NCBI GenBank assembly: GCA_028826165.1
Contig: JAPDFW010000101.1
Span: 1 to 64,000, forward strand
Direction of reading: 5' to 3'
DNA: 64,000 nt
Source: Anaeramoeba ignava BMAN
Taxonomy: Eukaryota; Protista; Anaeramoebae
Shown in pieces: positions 62,662 through 64,000 of the stretch; within the stretch, counting starts at the first letter, position 1, and each line of letters begins with the position of its first letter. Made by a program: the position numbers and the translations under genes. The notes beneath the pieces are model-generated. The model saw only the letters and a list, made by a program, of their open reading frames with translations, did not search any database and was not told the origin of the DNA.

Positions 62662-64000
62662 ATGAATATGAATAAAATTTATGAAATTATAAAAGAAAAT
62701 GAAATTGAAAAATTAAAAGAAATTTTAAAAGAAAATTCAAAAGAAATTAAAGAAAAAGAAAAAAAGAAAATAATAAAATATTCAATAAAACAAAAAGTTA
62801 ATAAAGAAATAATTGAATATTTAATAACAAAAGAAATCAAAGATATTAATTTTAAAGATAGAAAAGGAAGAAATTTATTACACATTTCAATTAAAAAACA
62901 AAATAAAATTGAAATTATTAAATTATTAGTTTCCAAAAGAATAAACATTAATTCAAAAGATAAAAAAGGAAAAACAATATTATATTATTCAATAAAATAT
63001 TTACAAAATCAAAATTTAATTGAATTTATTGAATATTTAATTTCTAAAGGAATTAATATTAATTCAAAAACAAGAGAAAATGAAACAATATTACATTTTG
63101 CATGTAAATACAATTCAATTAAAATTATTGAATATTTAATTTCCAAAGGAATTAATATTAATTCAAAAACAAATCGAAATGAAACAATATTACATTTTGC
63201 ATGTAAAAAGAATACACTTGAAATTATTAAATATTTAATATCCAAAGGAATTAATATTAATTCAATAACCAAATGGAATGAAACAATATTACATTATGCA
63301 TGTAAAAAAAATTCACTTGAAGTTATTAAATATTTAATATCTAAAGGAATTAATATTAATTCAAAAACAAATCGAAATGAAACAATATTACATTTTGCAT
63401 GTAAAAAAAATTCACTTGAAGTTATTAAATATTTAATTTCCAAAGGAATTGGTATTCATTCAATAACCAAATGGAATGAAACAATATTACATTATGCATG
63501 TAAAAAAAATTCACTTGAAGTTATTGAATATTTAATATCACAAGGAATTGATATTCATTCAAAATCAATATGGAATAAAACATGTTTACATTCAGTTTGT
63601 CAATACAATCCAAAATTAGAAATTATTGAATATTTGATATCACAAGGAATTGATTTATATGAAAAAACGAATTACAATGAAACAATATTACATTTAGCTT
63701 GCCGAAATGAACCATCAATTCAAATTATTGAATATTTAATATCAAAAGGACTTGATATTAATTCAAAAACAAATCGAAATGAAACTGCTTTACATTTTGC
63801 TTGCCAATCAGATCCATCAATAGAAATTATTGAATATTTAATTTCCAAAGGAATTGATATTAATGCAAAAACAAATCGAAATGAAACTGTTTTACATTTA
63901 GCTTGCCAATCAGATGCATCAATCGAAGTTATTGAATATTTGATTTCCAAAGGAATTGATATTAATGCAAAAACAAACGATAATGAAACTGCTTTACATT
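62662..64000 (+). CDS. Ankyrin-repeat paralogue D, inverted copy of A/B, runs off the window
   Basis: ATG 62662 MNMNKIYEIIKENEIEKLKEIL, near-identical to the reverse complement of the A/B 5' ends; open to the window end. Confidence 0.88.
   Translation, partial: MNMNKIYEIIKENEIEKLKEILKENSKEIKEKEKKKIIKYSIKQKVNKEIIEYLITKEIKDINFKDRKGRNLLHISIKKQNKIEIIKLLVSKRININSKDKKGKTILYYSIKYLQNQNLIEFIEYLISKGININSKTRENETILHFACKYNSIKIIEYLISKGININSKTNRNETILHFACKKNTLEIIKYLISKGININSITKWNETILHYACKKNSLEVIKYLISKGININSKTNRNETILHFACKKNSLEVIKYLISKGIGIHSITKWNETILHYACKKNSLEVIEYLISQGIDIHSKSIWNKTCLHSVCQYNPKLEIIEYLISQGIDLYEKTNYNETILHLACRNEPSIQIIEYLISKGLDINSKTNRNETALHFACQSDPSIEIIEYLISKGIDINAKTNRNETVLHLACQSDASIEVIEYLISKGIDINAKTNDNETALH

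Overview
This is very AT-rich, gene-dense eukaryotic (protist) DNA with GT-AG introns, many filled with simple repeats. The gene content (ankyrin-BTB and RCC1-BTB expansions, NQ/NE repeats, nuclear inteins) resembles the anaerobic metamonad Anaeramoeba; this assignment is an inference. Genes, in order: a fragmented RCC1-BTB gene, an ankyrin-BTB gene, a BEACH/WD40/FYVE protein, a Na+/K+-type P2C ATPase, a TBC Rab-GAP, a small ORF, a G-protein beta subunit, an RCC1-BTB gene, an FG-GAP-like/FN3 membrane protein, the TFIIH helicase XPB, a giant STRA6-like membrane protein with an Ig-like ectodomain, a degenerate tRNA, and a cluster of four ankyrin(-BTB) paralogues. The main finding is two related LAGLIDADG-type inteins about 18 kb apart in unrelated hosts. 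One splits the DK|TGT phosphorylation motif of the P-type ATPase; the other splits the Walker A GAGK|S motif of XPB. Many single-base frameshifts fall in homopolymers and are probably long-read assembly errors.
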